Source: an uncultured Aliarcobacter sp.
GTDB taxonomy: Bacteria; Campylobacterota; Campylobacteria; Campylobacterales; Arcobacteraceae
Direction: 5' to 3'
DNA length: 64,000 nt
Assembly: GCA_963664305.2 (NCBI GenBank)
Contig: CAXXLV010000002.1
Span: forward strand, 416,001 to 480,000
Shown here piece after piece: positions 47,618 to 57,013 of this stretch. Both the position numbers and the translations under genes were made by a program. Every line of letters begins with the position of its first letter. Position 1 is the first letter of the stretch. Under the pieces are notes generated by a model, which saw only the letters and a program-made list of their open reading frames with translations, was not told the DNA's origin and did no database searches.

Positions 47618-48649
47618 ATGAGCTTATTACTAAAAAGTGGAAATATTGGAGCATTAGAGTTAAAAAATAGAGTTGTAATGCCACCTATGTGTATGTATAA
47701 AAGTGATAATAGTGGAGAAATAAAAGATTTTCATAAATATCACTATGTATCAAGAGCCTTAGGTGGAGTAGGGTTTATTATAGTTGAAGCAACTGCAATA
47801 GAGCCAAAAGGAAGAATTTCATCAAACGATTTAGGCCTTTGGGATGATTCTTTGATAGAAAAGCATAAACAATTAAATAAAGATATACACTCTTTTGGTG
47901 CTAAAACAGCAATTCAAATTGCCCATGCTGGAAGAAAGTCAACTGTTATTGATTCAACTCCTATTGCTCCAAGTTCAATTGCTTTTTCAAAAGAAGCTCC
48001 ATTTAAAATTCCTAAAGAAGTTTCAATAGCAGAGATTGAAAATATTAAAAAATTATTTATAAATGCAGCTTTTAGAGCAAAAGAGGCAGACTATGATGCT
48101 ATTGAACTTCATGCAGCTCATGGCTATTTATTATGTGAGTTTTTATCACCAATTTCAAATAATAGAACAGATATTTATGGTGGAACTTTAGAGAATAGAT
48201 GTAGATTAGTTTTAGAAATAGCCCATGAGATAAAACAAAAATTAGATTTGCCTTTGATTGTTAGAATTAGTGCTGATGAGTGGATGAATGAAGGTTGGAA
48301 TATAGAAGATTCTATTTATTTATCAAAAGAGTTGGAAAAAATCGGAGTTGATGTTATACATGTATCAAGTGGTGGAAATTTAGAAAAACCTGATAATGCT
48401 CCAGCAATTCAAGCTTTATATCAAGCTAATTGGGCAAAAAAAATAAAAGAAAATGTAAATATTCCTGTTATTGCAGTTGGATTAATTACAACAGCAACAG
48501 AAGGAGAGTATCTACTTGAAAACAATTTTTGTGATTTTGTGGCTTATGGTCGAGAGTTACTTAGAAATCCAAATTTAGTTTTTTATGTAGCAAATGAATT
48601 TAGAGAAAAAGAGAGCATAAATAGTTCTTATCAAAGAGCATTTATATAA
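47618..48649 (+). CDS. NADH:flavin oxidoreductase (Old Yellow Enzyme, YqjM/NamA-like)
   Basis: KNRVVMPPMCMY, QIAHAGRK, ELHAAHGYLL, N.RTD.YGG..ENR and GRELLRNP motifs. Confidence 0.92.
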   Translation: MSLLLKSGNIGALELKNRVVMPPMCMYKSDNSGEIKDFHKYHYVSRALGGVGFIIVEATAIEPKGRISSNDLGLWDDSLIEKHKQLNKDIHSFGAKTAIQIAHAGRKSTVIDSTPIAPSSIAFSKEAPFKIPKEVSIAEIENIKKLFINAAFRAKEADYDAIELHAAHGYLLCEFLSPISNNRTDIYGGTLENRCRLVLEIAHEIKQKLDLPLIVRISADEWMNEGWNIEDSIYLSKELEKIGVDVIHVSSGGNLEKPDNAPAIQALYQANWAKKIKENVNIPVIAVGLITTATEGEYLLENNFCDFVAYGRELLRNPNLVFYVANEFREKESINSSYQRAFI

Positions 48650-48664
48650 TAGAAAGTAGATAAA

Positions 48665-49576
48665 ATGATTCAAAAAAGTAATACCAAATATTTTATTGGT
48701 ATGTTTATAGCTATGATAATTTGGGGAATAGCATGGACTTCAGGAAAAGCAGCAACAGAACATTCGAATCCAGAAGTTGCTGCATTTTGGAGATATGCAA
48801 TCTCTTTTTTAACGATAATTCCTGTTATTTTATATATGAAAACGGTTTTAAAAACAGATAAAATAGGATTATTTTATATGATAGGTGCTGGAATTTTAAG
48901 TGCTATATTTAATTATCTGTTTTTTAAGGGATTATCTCATGGAGCAGCTGGTTATGGAGGAACAATGGTAACCTCAATTGCTCCAATAATTACATATATA
49001 TTATCAATTATAATTTTTAAAACCCAAGTGTCAGCAAAACAAATTTTTGCACTTGGAATTGGAATTTTTGGTGCATTAGTTTTACTTCGAGTTCCTTCAG
49101 AAGGATTTGCTTTTTTAAATGTAAATAGTTCATATTTTTTAGCTTGTGCTGTAGTATGGGCTATGGTTACAATATTTTCACAAAAAGCATCAAAAAGAGC
49201 AGACCCGATGTTTTATACTTTAGTTGTTTTTGGAATTACTGGATTTATAAATATGATTTTTGCCTTACCTTATCATCCTTTTGCTTTTGCATCGTATGAT
49301 TATGTATTTTGGTTAAATATTATTTATATTGGAGTTTTTTCAGGGACTTTTGCAATGACACTTTTTTTTGTATCAGCTGCAAAAATTGGAGCCCATAACA
49401 CAGGAGTATTTATGTTTATAGTTCCTATAGGAGCGATAGTTTCAAGCTATTTTGCATATAATGAGAATATTGCTTTATCGACAATTATGGGATGTATTTT
49501 ATCATTTGTTGCTGTTGTATTATTTAATACAAAAAGTAAATTAGAGCGATTAAAAGCCAAAGAAAATTTAATTTAA
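48665..49576 (+). CDS. EamA/DMT family transporter
   Basis: IWG, WRY and about 10 TMs in two EamA-like halves. Confidence 0.88.
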   Translation: MIQKSNTKYFIGMFIAMIIWGIAWTSGKAATEHSNPEVAAFWRYAISFLTIIPVILYMKTVLKTDKIGLFYMIGAGILSAIFNYLFFKGLSHGAAGYGGTMVTSIAPIITYILSIIIFKTQVSAKQIFALGIGIFGALVLLRVPSEGFAFLNVNSSYFLACAVVWAMVTIFSQKASKRADPMFYTLVVFGITGFINMIFALPYHPFAFASYDYVFWLNIIYIGVFSGTFAMTLFFVSAAKIGAHNTGVFMFIVPIGAIVSSYFAYNENIALSTIMGCILSFVAVVLFNTKSKLERLKAKENLI

Positions 49577-49586
49577 AAGGATAATT

Positions 49587-50222
49587 ATGGAAAAAACATT
49601 TATGGAAGCAATGGAATTTAGACATGCTTGTAAGATTTTTGATGAAACTAAAAAAATTAGTGATGAAGATATGAAATTTATTTTAGAAGTTGGAAGAAAA
49701 AGTCCTAGTTCTTTTGGTCAAGAAGGTTGGAAATTTTTAGTTATTACAAATGAAGAATTAAAAGCAAAATTAAGACCTTTTTGCTGGGATCAACCACAAG
49801 TTACAACTTGTTCTCATTTAGTAATTATATTAGCTGCAATTGATGCTGTTAAACCAGAATCAGGAATTCCAGCAACAAGATTTGCAAGACGTGAAATGCC
49901 TCAAGAGAAAAAAGATTTTTATAACAAATTATATAAAGACCATTTAACAGTTACAAAAGTTTTAGATAGCGATGATAATGTTTATTCTTGGACAGCTAGA
50001 CAATCTTATATAGCAGCAGGAAATATGATGACAGCAGCAGCAACAAAAGGAATTGATTCTTGTCCAATCGAAGGATTTGATAAAGCAAAAGTTGAAGAAG
50101 TTTTAGGACTGGATACTAAAAAATTCCAATTAGCAATGGTTTTACCTTTTGGTTACAGAATAAATCCTCAATCAACTCAAATGAGATTACCTTTTGAAGA
50201 AGTAGTTGAATATATAAAATAA
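49587..50222 (+). CDS. Nitroreductase (NfsB/FrxA-like)
   Basis: RHACKIFD, SPSSFG.E.W, DQPQ, GIDSCPIEGF and FGYR motifs. Confidence 0.92.
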   Translation: MEKTFMEAMEFRHACKIFDETKKISDEDMKFILEVGRKSPSSFGQEGWKFLVITNEELKAKLRPFCWDQPQVTTCSHLVIILAAIDAVKPESGIPATRFARREMPQEKKDFYNKLYKDHLTVTKVLDSDDNVYSWTARQSYIAAGNMMTAAATKGIDSCPIEGFDKAKVEEVLGLDTKKFQLAMVLPFGYRINPQSTQMRLPFEEVVEYIK

Positions 50223-50227
50223 TCTAT

Positions 50228-50254
50228 TTAATAGCCTTTTATAAAGGCTATTAA
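50228..50254 (+). terminator. Intrinsic terminator
   Basis: TTAATAGCCTTT-TAT-AAAGGCTATTAA. Confidence 0.7.
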
Positions 50255-50344
50255 TCTAAAAATATCAAAAAATAATAAAATGATACTTTTGTAATACCTT
50301 TCTTATATAAAATTCCTTTAGCAAAATAATTAAAAAGGATTTTT

Positions 50345-51034
50345 ATGAATACAGTTTTTATTGATACTCAAGATAAAAAGAAAAAGTCTGTATTAGTTAT
50401 AAGTGAAGATTTAATTTATTTAGATAAATTAAAAAAAGAAGTTAGTTTAACTTTCAATTTTACATTTTTTGAGAATAATAAATTCTATTTATTAAGTAGT
50501 ACGATTAATAATTTTGATGTAATCATATTTGATAATAGCAATAATAATCTAAAAAAATTTCTTGATGTTTTTAAACTTACGAAATCTTATAATTTTAATA
50601 TACCTATAATTTTATTGGAAGAGAATATGGAACAAGATTTGTCTTTATATAAAATTATTAATGTTTATTCAGTTTTTCAAAAGCCAATTGCTGTAGATTT
50701 TTTACTAAATACAGTTGAATTATGTGCAAATTTTTTAGATACAAATAAAAAAGTTCAGTTTGAAAATGGTTATTACTTTGATATAACAAGAGAAGAGTTA
50801 TTTCATGGTAAAAAAATTATTAAATTAACAAGAACAGAAAAAAAATTAATAAATTTGTTAGCTAAAAACCCAAATAGTTTAGTAACATATGAAGATATTT
50901 CAGATGTAGTTTGGAAAGGTAAAGTCTTTTCTAAATATTCATTAAGAAATGTTATTAATCATATTAGAGAAAAAACTGATGATACTTTCATAAGAAATTA
51001 CTCAAATAGAGGGTATATTTTAAACAGCATTTAG
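50345..51034 (+). CDS. OmpR-type winged-helix regulator with atypical receiver domain
   Basis: C-terminal LT.TE..L..LL.N....V.YE.I...VW...LR..I..IR.K...GY; degenerate receiver (SED, IFD, QKP). Confidence 0.82.
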   Translation: MNTVFIDTQDKKKKSVLVISEDLIYLDKLKKEVSLTFNFTFFENNKFYLLSSTINNFDVIIFDNSNNNLKKFLDVFKLTKSYNFNIPIILLEENMEQDLSLYKIINVYSVFQKPIAVDFLLNTVELCANFLDTNKKVQFENGYYFDITREELFHGKKIIKLTRTEKKLINLLAKNPNSLVTYEDISDVVWKGKVFSKYSLRNVINHIREKTDDTFIRNYSNRGYILNSI

Positions 51035-51072
51035 TTTTTTACTTTTTTTAAAAATTACAATATAATAATTTT

Positions 51073-51972
51073 ATGATAAAAAAATTAACATTAATATTTT
51101 TTATATTGTTTTTTTTTAACTCTTGTGAGAATACTTCAACAAAGTATTCTCCAAAATATCAAAAAGATAAAGTTATTGTAAGTAAACAAGTTTATATTTT
51201 TGGTATTCATCCTTTATACAATCCCAAACAACTTTTTGCAGTGTATCAGCCTTTGATTGATTATTTAAATAAAAATTTAACAGATGTGCAATTTGAATTA
51301 GAAGCTTCAATTAATTATGATTCTTTTAATGAAAAGTTATCTTCAAGACATTTTGATTTTGCATTACCAAATCCCTATCAAACTTTAGAATCATTAAAAT
51401 CTGGCTACCAAGTTTTTGCAAAAATGGCAGAAGATGAAAAATTTAAAGGAATTATTTTAGTTAGAAAAGATAGTGATATTAAAGAATTTGAAGATGTTAA
51501 AGGTAAAAAAATAAGTTATCCAGCTTCAACTGCTCTTGCAGCGACACTTTTACCTCAATATTTTTTATATGAAAATGGTATTGATGTAAATAAAGATATT
51601 GAAAATATTTATGTTGGTTCTCAAGAATCATCTATTATGAATATCTATTTAAAAACAGCTGATTTATCTGCTACTTGGACTCAACCTTGGGAAAAATTTA
51701 AAAAAGAGAGACCAGAAATTGCAAAAGAGATAAAAGTATTATGGGAAACAAAAAATTTACCTAATAATACTTTAGTTGTAAGAGATGATGTGCCAAAGGA
51801 TTTAGTAGAAAAAGTTGCTAAATTATTACTTGAGTTAAATTCAAATGCAGAAGGTGAGTTGATACTTTATAAAATTGATTTAAGTCATTTTGAAAGAGCA
51901 GATGAAAATACATATATTGTTGTAAAAGATTTTATAGATAGTTTTGAAAAGAATATAAGGAAAATAAAATGA
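51073..51972 (+). CDS. PhnD-type substrate-binding lipoprotein
   Basis: Lipobox-like FNSC; FGIHP, YQPLIDYL, DFALPNPY and GSQESS motifs; overlaps the downstream kinase start. Confidence 0.85.
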   Translation: MIKKLTLIFFILFFFNSCENTSTKYSPKYQKDKVIVSKQVYIFGIHPLYNPKQLFAVYQPLIDYLNKNLTDVQFELEASINYDSFNEKLSSRHFDFALPNPYQTLESLKSGYQVFAKMAEDEKFKGIILVRKDSDIKEFEDVKGKKISYPASTALAATLLPQYFLYENGIDVNKDIENIYVGSQESSIMNIYLKTADLSATWTQPWEKFKKERPEIAKEIKVLWETKNLPNNTLVVRDDVPKDLVEKVAKLLLELNSNAEGELILYKIDLSHFERADENTYIVVKDFIDSFEKNIRKIK

Positions 51973-53615
51973 TAGAAAAAATCAAAGCATTTTATTTAAA
52001 CTCTATAAAGCGAAGATTGATTATAACTATAACTGTTAGTTATATTATTTTAATGAGTATTTTTGTTTATGATTTATTAAGTGAACAAAGAAAATTTTTA
52101 GAAACACAAAATATCAAACAAGTTAAAAGTTTAACAAAAAGTGTTGCTCAAAACTCTGTTTTATGGATGTTATCAAATGATTATATAGGATTAGAAGAGT
52201 TAATCTCTTCAATATCTAAATATCCAAATTTAGAGTATGCAATGATTTTAAATAAAGAAGGAAAAATTATTGCTCATAGTGATAAAGAATATGTAAATTT
52301 ATATATATCAGATGATTTAAGTTTAGCTTTTTTATTATCAAAAAAAATTGAACCATATATGCTAGTACAAAACAATGAAATTATTGATTATATAATGCCT
52401 ATTTTAAGAGATAATCAACATATTGGTTGGGTAAGAATTGCATTAAATCAAAATGAAATTTCAAAAAATCTACAACAAATTTTTTATGAAGCAATTTTAT
52501 TTATATTAATTGCAATAGTTATTGGATATCTATTTTCTTATTTTTTAGCAACAAATATTACAAAAGATTTATATACTTTAATAAAAGTAGCAACTCAAAC
52601 CGCAACAGGAAATAGAAATCAAAGAGCAAATATTCAAAGAAAAGATGAGTTAGGAATTTTATCTAATGAGATAAATAAGATGCTTGATAAAATTGAAGAA
52701 AATGAAAAACAGTTAGAAATATCAAACAGAGAGTTGGAAAAAGATATTGTAAAACTTGAATTGATGGATAGTAAATTAACTCAATTAAATAGAGATTTAG
52801 AGAAAAAAGTTGAAGAAAAAACTTACGAATTAAAAAAATTAAATGATAATCTTAAAAAAGAGATAAAAGAAGAAGTTGAACAAAATAGAAGAAAAGACAA
52901 TATGCTTTTCCAACAGTCAAAAATGGCTTCTATGGGAGAAATGATTGAAAATATTGCTCATCAATGGAGACAACCTTTAAGTCTTATTTCTACAAGTGCA
53001 AGTGGGATTAGATTGAACAAAGAGTATAACACATTAACTGATGAACTTTTAAATGAAGCGGTTGAAAATATAATGAACAGTACAAATTTTTTATCAAATA
53101 CAATTGATGATTTTAGAGATTTTTATAAAGTTGATAAGATTAAAGAAAAATTCAATATAAAAGATGTTTTAGATAAAACATTAAAATTAACAAGTTCAAG
53201 ATTTACAAATAGAGCAATAAAAGTGATTAAAGAGTGTGAAGATGTTGAAATTTTAGGTTTTGAAAATGAATTAGTACAAGTGTTTATAAATCTTTTAAAT
53301 AATGCAAGAGACGTTTTAGAAGAGTTACCATATGAAGAGAGATATATTTTTGTAACAATTAAAAAAATTGAAAATGAGGCTTATATCTCATTAAAAGATA
53401 ATGCAAATGGTATTGAAGAATCAATTCTTGAAAAAATATTTGACCCATATTTTACAACTAAAGGTTCAGATAAAGGAACTGGTATTGGATTGTTCATGTC
53501 AAAAGAGATTATCGAAAAACATTTTCATGGAAAAATAATCGCTCAAAATGAAACATTTACTTACAATAAAAAAGAGTATAAAGGAGCAAATTTTATAATT
53601 ACGATACCTTTTTAG
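51969..53615 (+). CDS. Membrane sensor histidine kinase (HAMP)
   Basis: Two TMs, DELG HAMP, IAHQWRQPL, NLLNNA, DNANG and FDPYFTTK..GTGIGL. Confidence 0.95.
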   Translation: MIEKIKAFYLNSIKRRLIITITVSYIILMSIFVYDLLSEQRKFLETQNIKQVKSLTKSVAQNSVLWMLSNDYIGLEELISSISKYPNLEYAMILNKEGKIIAHSDKEYVNLYISDDLSLAFLLSKKIEPYMLVQNNEIIDYIMPILRDNQHIGWVRIALNQNEISKNLQQIFYEAILFILIAIVIGYLFSYFLATNITKDLYTLIKVATQTATGNRNQRANIQRKDELGILSNEINKMLDKIEENEKQLEISNRELEKDIVKLELMDSKLTQLNRDLEKKVEEKTYELKKLNDNLKKEIKEEVEQNRRKDNMLFQQSKMASMGEMIENIAHQWRQPLSLISTSASGIRLNKEYNTLTDELLNEAVENIMNSTNFLSNTIDDFRDFYKVDKIKEKFNIKDVLDKTLKLTSSRFTNRAIKVIKECEDVEILGFENELVQVFINLLNNARDVLEELPYEERYIFVTIKKIENEAYISLKDNANGIEESILEKIFDPYFTTKGSDKGTGIGLFMSKEIIEKHFHGKIIAQNETFTYNKKEYKGANFIITIPF

Positions 53616-53617
53616 AA

Positions 53618-54670
53618 TTAATTTTTATTAATTGTAATTGTAAATATTGTTCCATGTTCATTGCTTGATACTTCAATATCTCCTAAACTATCTTTTTCTA
53701 AAATATTTTTACAAATATATAAACCTAATCCCGAACCATTCTTTTTAGTTTTAGTAGAAAAATAAGGATTAAAGATTTTAGAAATGATATTTTCACTAAT
53801 TCCACCTGCATTATCTCTAATCAAAATTTTTTGTAAGTTTTTTTCTTCATCAAAAGAGATTTTAATAAGAGCATTTTCAATGTTTTTTTCTATAAATGCA
53901 TCTTTTGCATTATTCAAAATATTTAAAACTACTTGGATTAGTTCATTTTTGGGAAGATTTATTTTTGTTAAATTTCTATTTTCAATTTCAATTTTTATAT
54001 TTTGAGATAAAAATGTTTTTTCTAACATTTTAAAAGCACTTAAAACTACTTCATTTAAATCAATAAGCTCTCTTGTAGAATTTATAGTAAAGAAGTTTCT
54101 AAAGTCATCTATTGTTGTAGACATATATTGGATATATTTATTCATATCACTTAACATTTCATCTAAAAAATCTTTATCAAGTTTATTCATATCACTTTTT
54201 AGTTTTACTCTTGTAATTATGCTAGAAATCGTTGATAATGGCTGTCTCCATTGATGTGCAATCATTGAAATCATCTCCCCCATTGCTGAAAGTTTTGATT
54301 GATGGATAACCATTTTTTCTTTTTCTTTTAATTCGCTCAAATCTAAAATAAAAACCATTTTATAATCTCTATCTTGATAAGCTAAATTTTTAATTTTTAT
54401 AATTACTGGAATAATTTTTCCATCTTTTGTGATTAAAGATATTTCTTGAAATAGTTTTTCATTATATTTTATAAATTTTTCTTTTGAAGTAGGAATTAGA
54501 ATACCTGTAGCTAATTTATCTATTAACTCATCTTCTTTTTCATATCCTAAAATCTCTAATAATGAATGATTTATATTTTTTATAAACCCTTCTTCGATTA
54601 TTAAAACACCTTCTATTGTATTATTAATTATTTCATTTAAATCTATAAAAATGTTGTTCTTATCTTCCAT
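53618..54670 (-). CDS. Cytoplasmic PAS sensor histidine kinase
   Basis: N-terminal PAS, IAHQWRQPL, NILNNA, DNAGG and FNPYFSTK...GSGLGL. Confidence 0.93.
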   Translation of the reverse strand: MEDKNNIFIDLNEIINNTIEGVLIIEEGFIKNINHSLLEILGYEKEDELIDKLATGILIPTSKEKFIKYNEKLFQEISLITKDGKIIPVIIKIKNLAYQDRDYKMVFILDLSELKEKEKMVIHQSKLSAMGEMISMIAHQWRQPLSTISSIITRVKLKSDMNKLDKDFLDEMLSDMNKYIQYMSTTIDDFRNFFTINSTRELIDLNEVVLSAFKMLEKTFLSQNIKIEIENRNLTKINLPKNELIQVVLNILNNAKDAFIEKNIENALIKISFDEEKNLQKILIRDNAGGISENIISKIFNPYFSTKTKKNGSGLGLYICKNILEKDSLGDIEVSSNEHGTIFTITINKN

Positions 54671-54810
54671 TATTATCCATAATTTTGTAGTTTTTAAATT
54701 TTATCAAAATAAAAAAAATTTGACCATTAAAGTTGCAATTTTAAATAAATTTCTATATTATAATTCTTATTATAACTATTTTAGAATAAGAGAGCAAAAC
54801 ATGAGTTCAA

Positions 54811-54927
54811 ATGATAAATGGGTATAACGATTTAAATGTAAATATTAACGAAATTGCGTCAGAAACATCAGTTTTAGCTAATAATATTGTAAGTGCTGTT
54901 AAAACAAAAAAATTTAAAGAAAAATAG
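54811..54927 (+). pseudogene. Remnant of a chemoreceptor (MCP) C-terminus with an internal deletion
   Basis: Reads MINGYNDLNVNI-NEIASETSVLANNIVSAVKTKKFKEK*. The halves match [12 protein letters not shown] and [23 protein letters not shown] of the MCP at 43986, which are about 44 aa apart there. Confidence 0.6.
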
Positions 54928-55017
54928 AAAAATATAATTTTTTTATTTTTCTCATGAAAAGATTATTTTTTATTTAAAATAAATAGTATAATAGTAAATA
55001 AGGTAAAAGGAATTAAA

Positions 55018-55185
55018 ATGAAAAACTTATTTATTATAATTGCTATTGGAGTTTTTTTTCTTGGATGTAGTAATAATCAAGAGGTTACTCAAGAAGATTG
55101 CAAAAAAGAAGGTAAAATCTTTAAAGTAGAAAAAGTACTAAATTATCGAACAGGAACATATGAAGATAGAGCTTCTTGTATTTAA
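55018..55185 (+). CDS. Small (55-aa) lipoprotein, not in the ORF track
   Basis: MKNLFIIIAIGVFFLGC lipobox, AAAGGA RBS, TATAAT upstream, two further Cys. Confidence 0.8.
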   Translation: MKNLFIIIAIGVFFLGCSNNQEVTQEDCKKEGKIFKVEKVLNYRTGTYEDRASCI

Positions 55186-55209
55186 TAAATTTATAATAAA
55201 GAGAAAAGA

Positions 55210-56247
55210 ATGAAAAATGCAAATGTAAGTGTAGAATTAGAAAAATTAGAAAAACTTTTAAATAAAGTTGGTGATTTAGTAATTACAAACTCTATGATGG
55301 CTCAGACAATTGATAATCTACCATCAGGGGAAGCAAAAAAAAATCTTCTTGAAAAAATCAATCTTTTACAAAGACATATTGTTGAACTTCAAGATTATGC
55401 AACAGATATAAGAATGGTTAAATTTGAAAGTATGTTTGAAATATATGATGATTTTCTAAAAGAGATAACTCCTGAAAATAAAAAAATAAAATTTGTTTTA
55501 GTTGGTGGAGAGACTAAAGTTGATAAATCTCTTATTGAATTATTGGATACATTGATAAAAAAAGTAATTTCAAATGCTGTTACTTATGGAATAGAAACAG
55601 TAGAAGAGAGAGTTTCAAAAGATAAAAATGAAGTAGCAACTTTAAAGTTAAGTGTTTATCAATTAAATGGACAAATGACATTTTGTATTGAAGATGATGG
55701 TGTTGGTATTAGTAAAGAAGATGTTGAAGAAATGGCAGGAATAAATGAATATACTAATAAATTTAATGCAGATTTAGAAGTAGAAAATGAAGCTGATAAA
55801 GGAACAAAAGTATCAATAATTGTACCATTAACTCACTCTATTTTAGATGGATTAAATATCAAAATTGGAAATAATATATTTATTCTTCCAACTTCATCTA
55901 TTGTTGAATCAATTCAACCAACAAAAGAGATGATAAAACTGGTTGGAGATGGAAGTAGTCAATTATTGATGCTAAGAAATGAGTTTATTCCAATAATTAG
56001 ATTATATGAATACTTTAATATTGTTCCAAAATCAACAAAATTAGAAGATGGAATTTTAATTATTGTTAAATCACAAGAGCAAAAAGCAGCTTTTTTAATA
56101 GATGAATTCTTACAGCAACAACAAGTAGTTTTAAAAGCAATAGAAACAAATTTCAGAAAAGTTGAAAGTGTTGCAGGTGCTACAGTAAGAGGTGATGGAA
56201 GTATTGGTATAATAATAGATGTAAAAACTATTTTAGAAGCTAATTAA
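55210..56247 (+). CDS. Truncated CheA-like protein (P3, degenerate P4, P5/CheW; no Hpt)
   Basis: V.LEKL..L.N.VGDLVI (P3), NA..YGIE..EER and IEDDGVG, then GT....VPLT..ILDG and a well-conserved P5 (IDE...QQQVVLK, GAT..GDG....IID). Confidence 0.85.
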   Translation: MKNANVSVELEKLEKLLNKVGDLVITNSMMAQTIDNLPSGEAKKNLLEKINLLQRHIVELQDYATDIRMVKFESMFEIYDDFLKEITPENKKIKFVLVGGETKVDKSLIELLDTLIKKVISNAVTYGIETVEERVSKDKNEVATLKLSVYQLNGQMTFCIEDDGVGISKEDVEEMAGINEYTNKFNADLEVENEADKGTKVSIIVPLTHSILDGLNIKIGNNIFILPTSSIVESIQPTKEMIKLVGDGSSQLLMLRNEFIPIIRLYEYFNIVPKSTKLEDGILIIVKSQEQKAAFLIDEFLQQQQVVLKAIETNFRKVESVAGATVRGDGSIGIIIDVKTILEAN

Positions 56248-56257
56248 AGGATTTGAA

Positions 56258-57010
56258 TTGATTGATTATATCTCTTTAGAAGAATATGGTAAAAAAATAT
56301 CTGTTTTATTTGTAGAAGATGATGAAAATATAGTAAAAGAGATGGGCTTTTTGCTCGGAGATATTTTTGATAAAGTTGATATAGCAATTGATGGAAAAGA
56401 TGGATTAGCAAAATATAATGAATATTATAAAACGAATGAAGAGTTTTATGATTTAATAATAACAGATATTCAAATGCCAAATATGAATGGTATAGATTTG
56501 ATTAAAAATATTTATAAAATAAATCCATTACAAAAAGTTATTGTTTTATCAGCTTATAATGAAACAGACTATTTAATGGAACTTGTAAATATAGGCATTT
56601 CACAATTCATTTTAAAACCAATTGATTATAATACTTTCTTAGATGTAATTTTTAAAATCTCAAAAAATATATATGAATCAAAATATAAAAAAGATTCAAA
56701 AGTTTCTAAATTTATAAAAATTGATGAAGATTTAGTTTGGAATAAAGAGCTAAAACAGCTGATATATAAAGAAGAGATTTTTAAATTGACAAAAAAAGAG
56801 CTTTATTTAGTTGAACTTCTTTTAAAATATCCAGAAAAAACTTATTCAAATGAAGAGATAATCTCTTATTTATGGAGAGATGATTTGGAAAGTCAAGGGG
56901 ATATTTCAAATCTGAAAAATATAATTTCAAGACTTAGAAAAAAAATCCCTCTTTTAAATGTTGAAAATATTTATAGTTTTGGTTATAGATTAACTATAAA
57001 AAACTGTTAA
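56258..57010 (+). CDS. OmpR-family response regulator
   Basis: VEDD, ITDIQMP.MNG, LSA, LKP and a winged-helix C-terminus; TTG start after AAGGA. Confidence 0.92.
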   Translation: MIDYISLEEYGKKISVLFVEDDENIVKEMGFLLGDIFDKVDIAIDGKDGLAKYNEYYKTNEEFYDLIITDIQMPNMNGIDLIKNIYKINPLQKVIVLSAYNETDYLMELVNIGISQFILKPIDYNTFLDVIFKISKNIYESKYKKDSKVSKFIKIDEDLVWNKELKQLIYKEEIFKLTKKELYLVELLLKYPEKTYSNEEIISYLWRDDLESQGDISNLKNIISRLRKKIPLLNVENIYSFGYRLTIKNC

Positions 57011-57013
57011 TTC

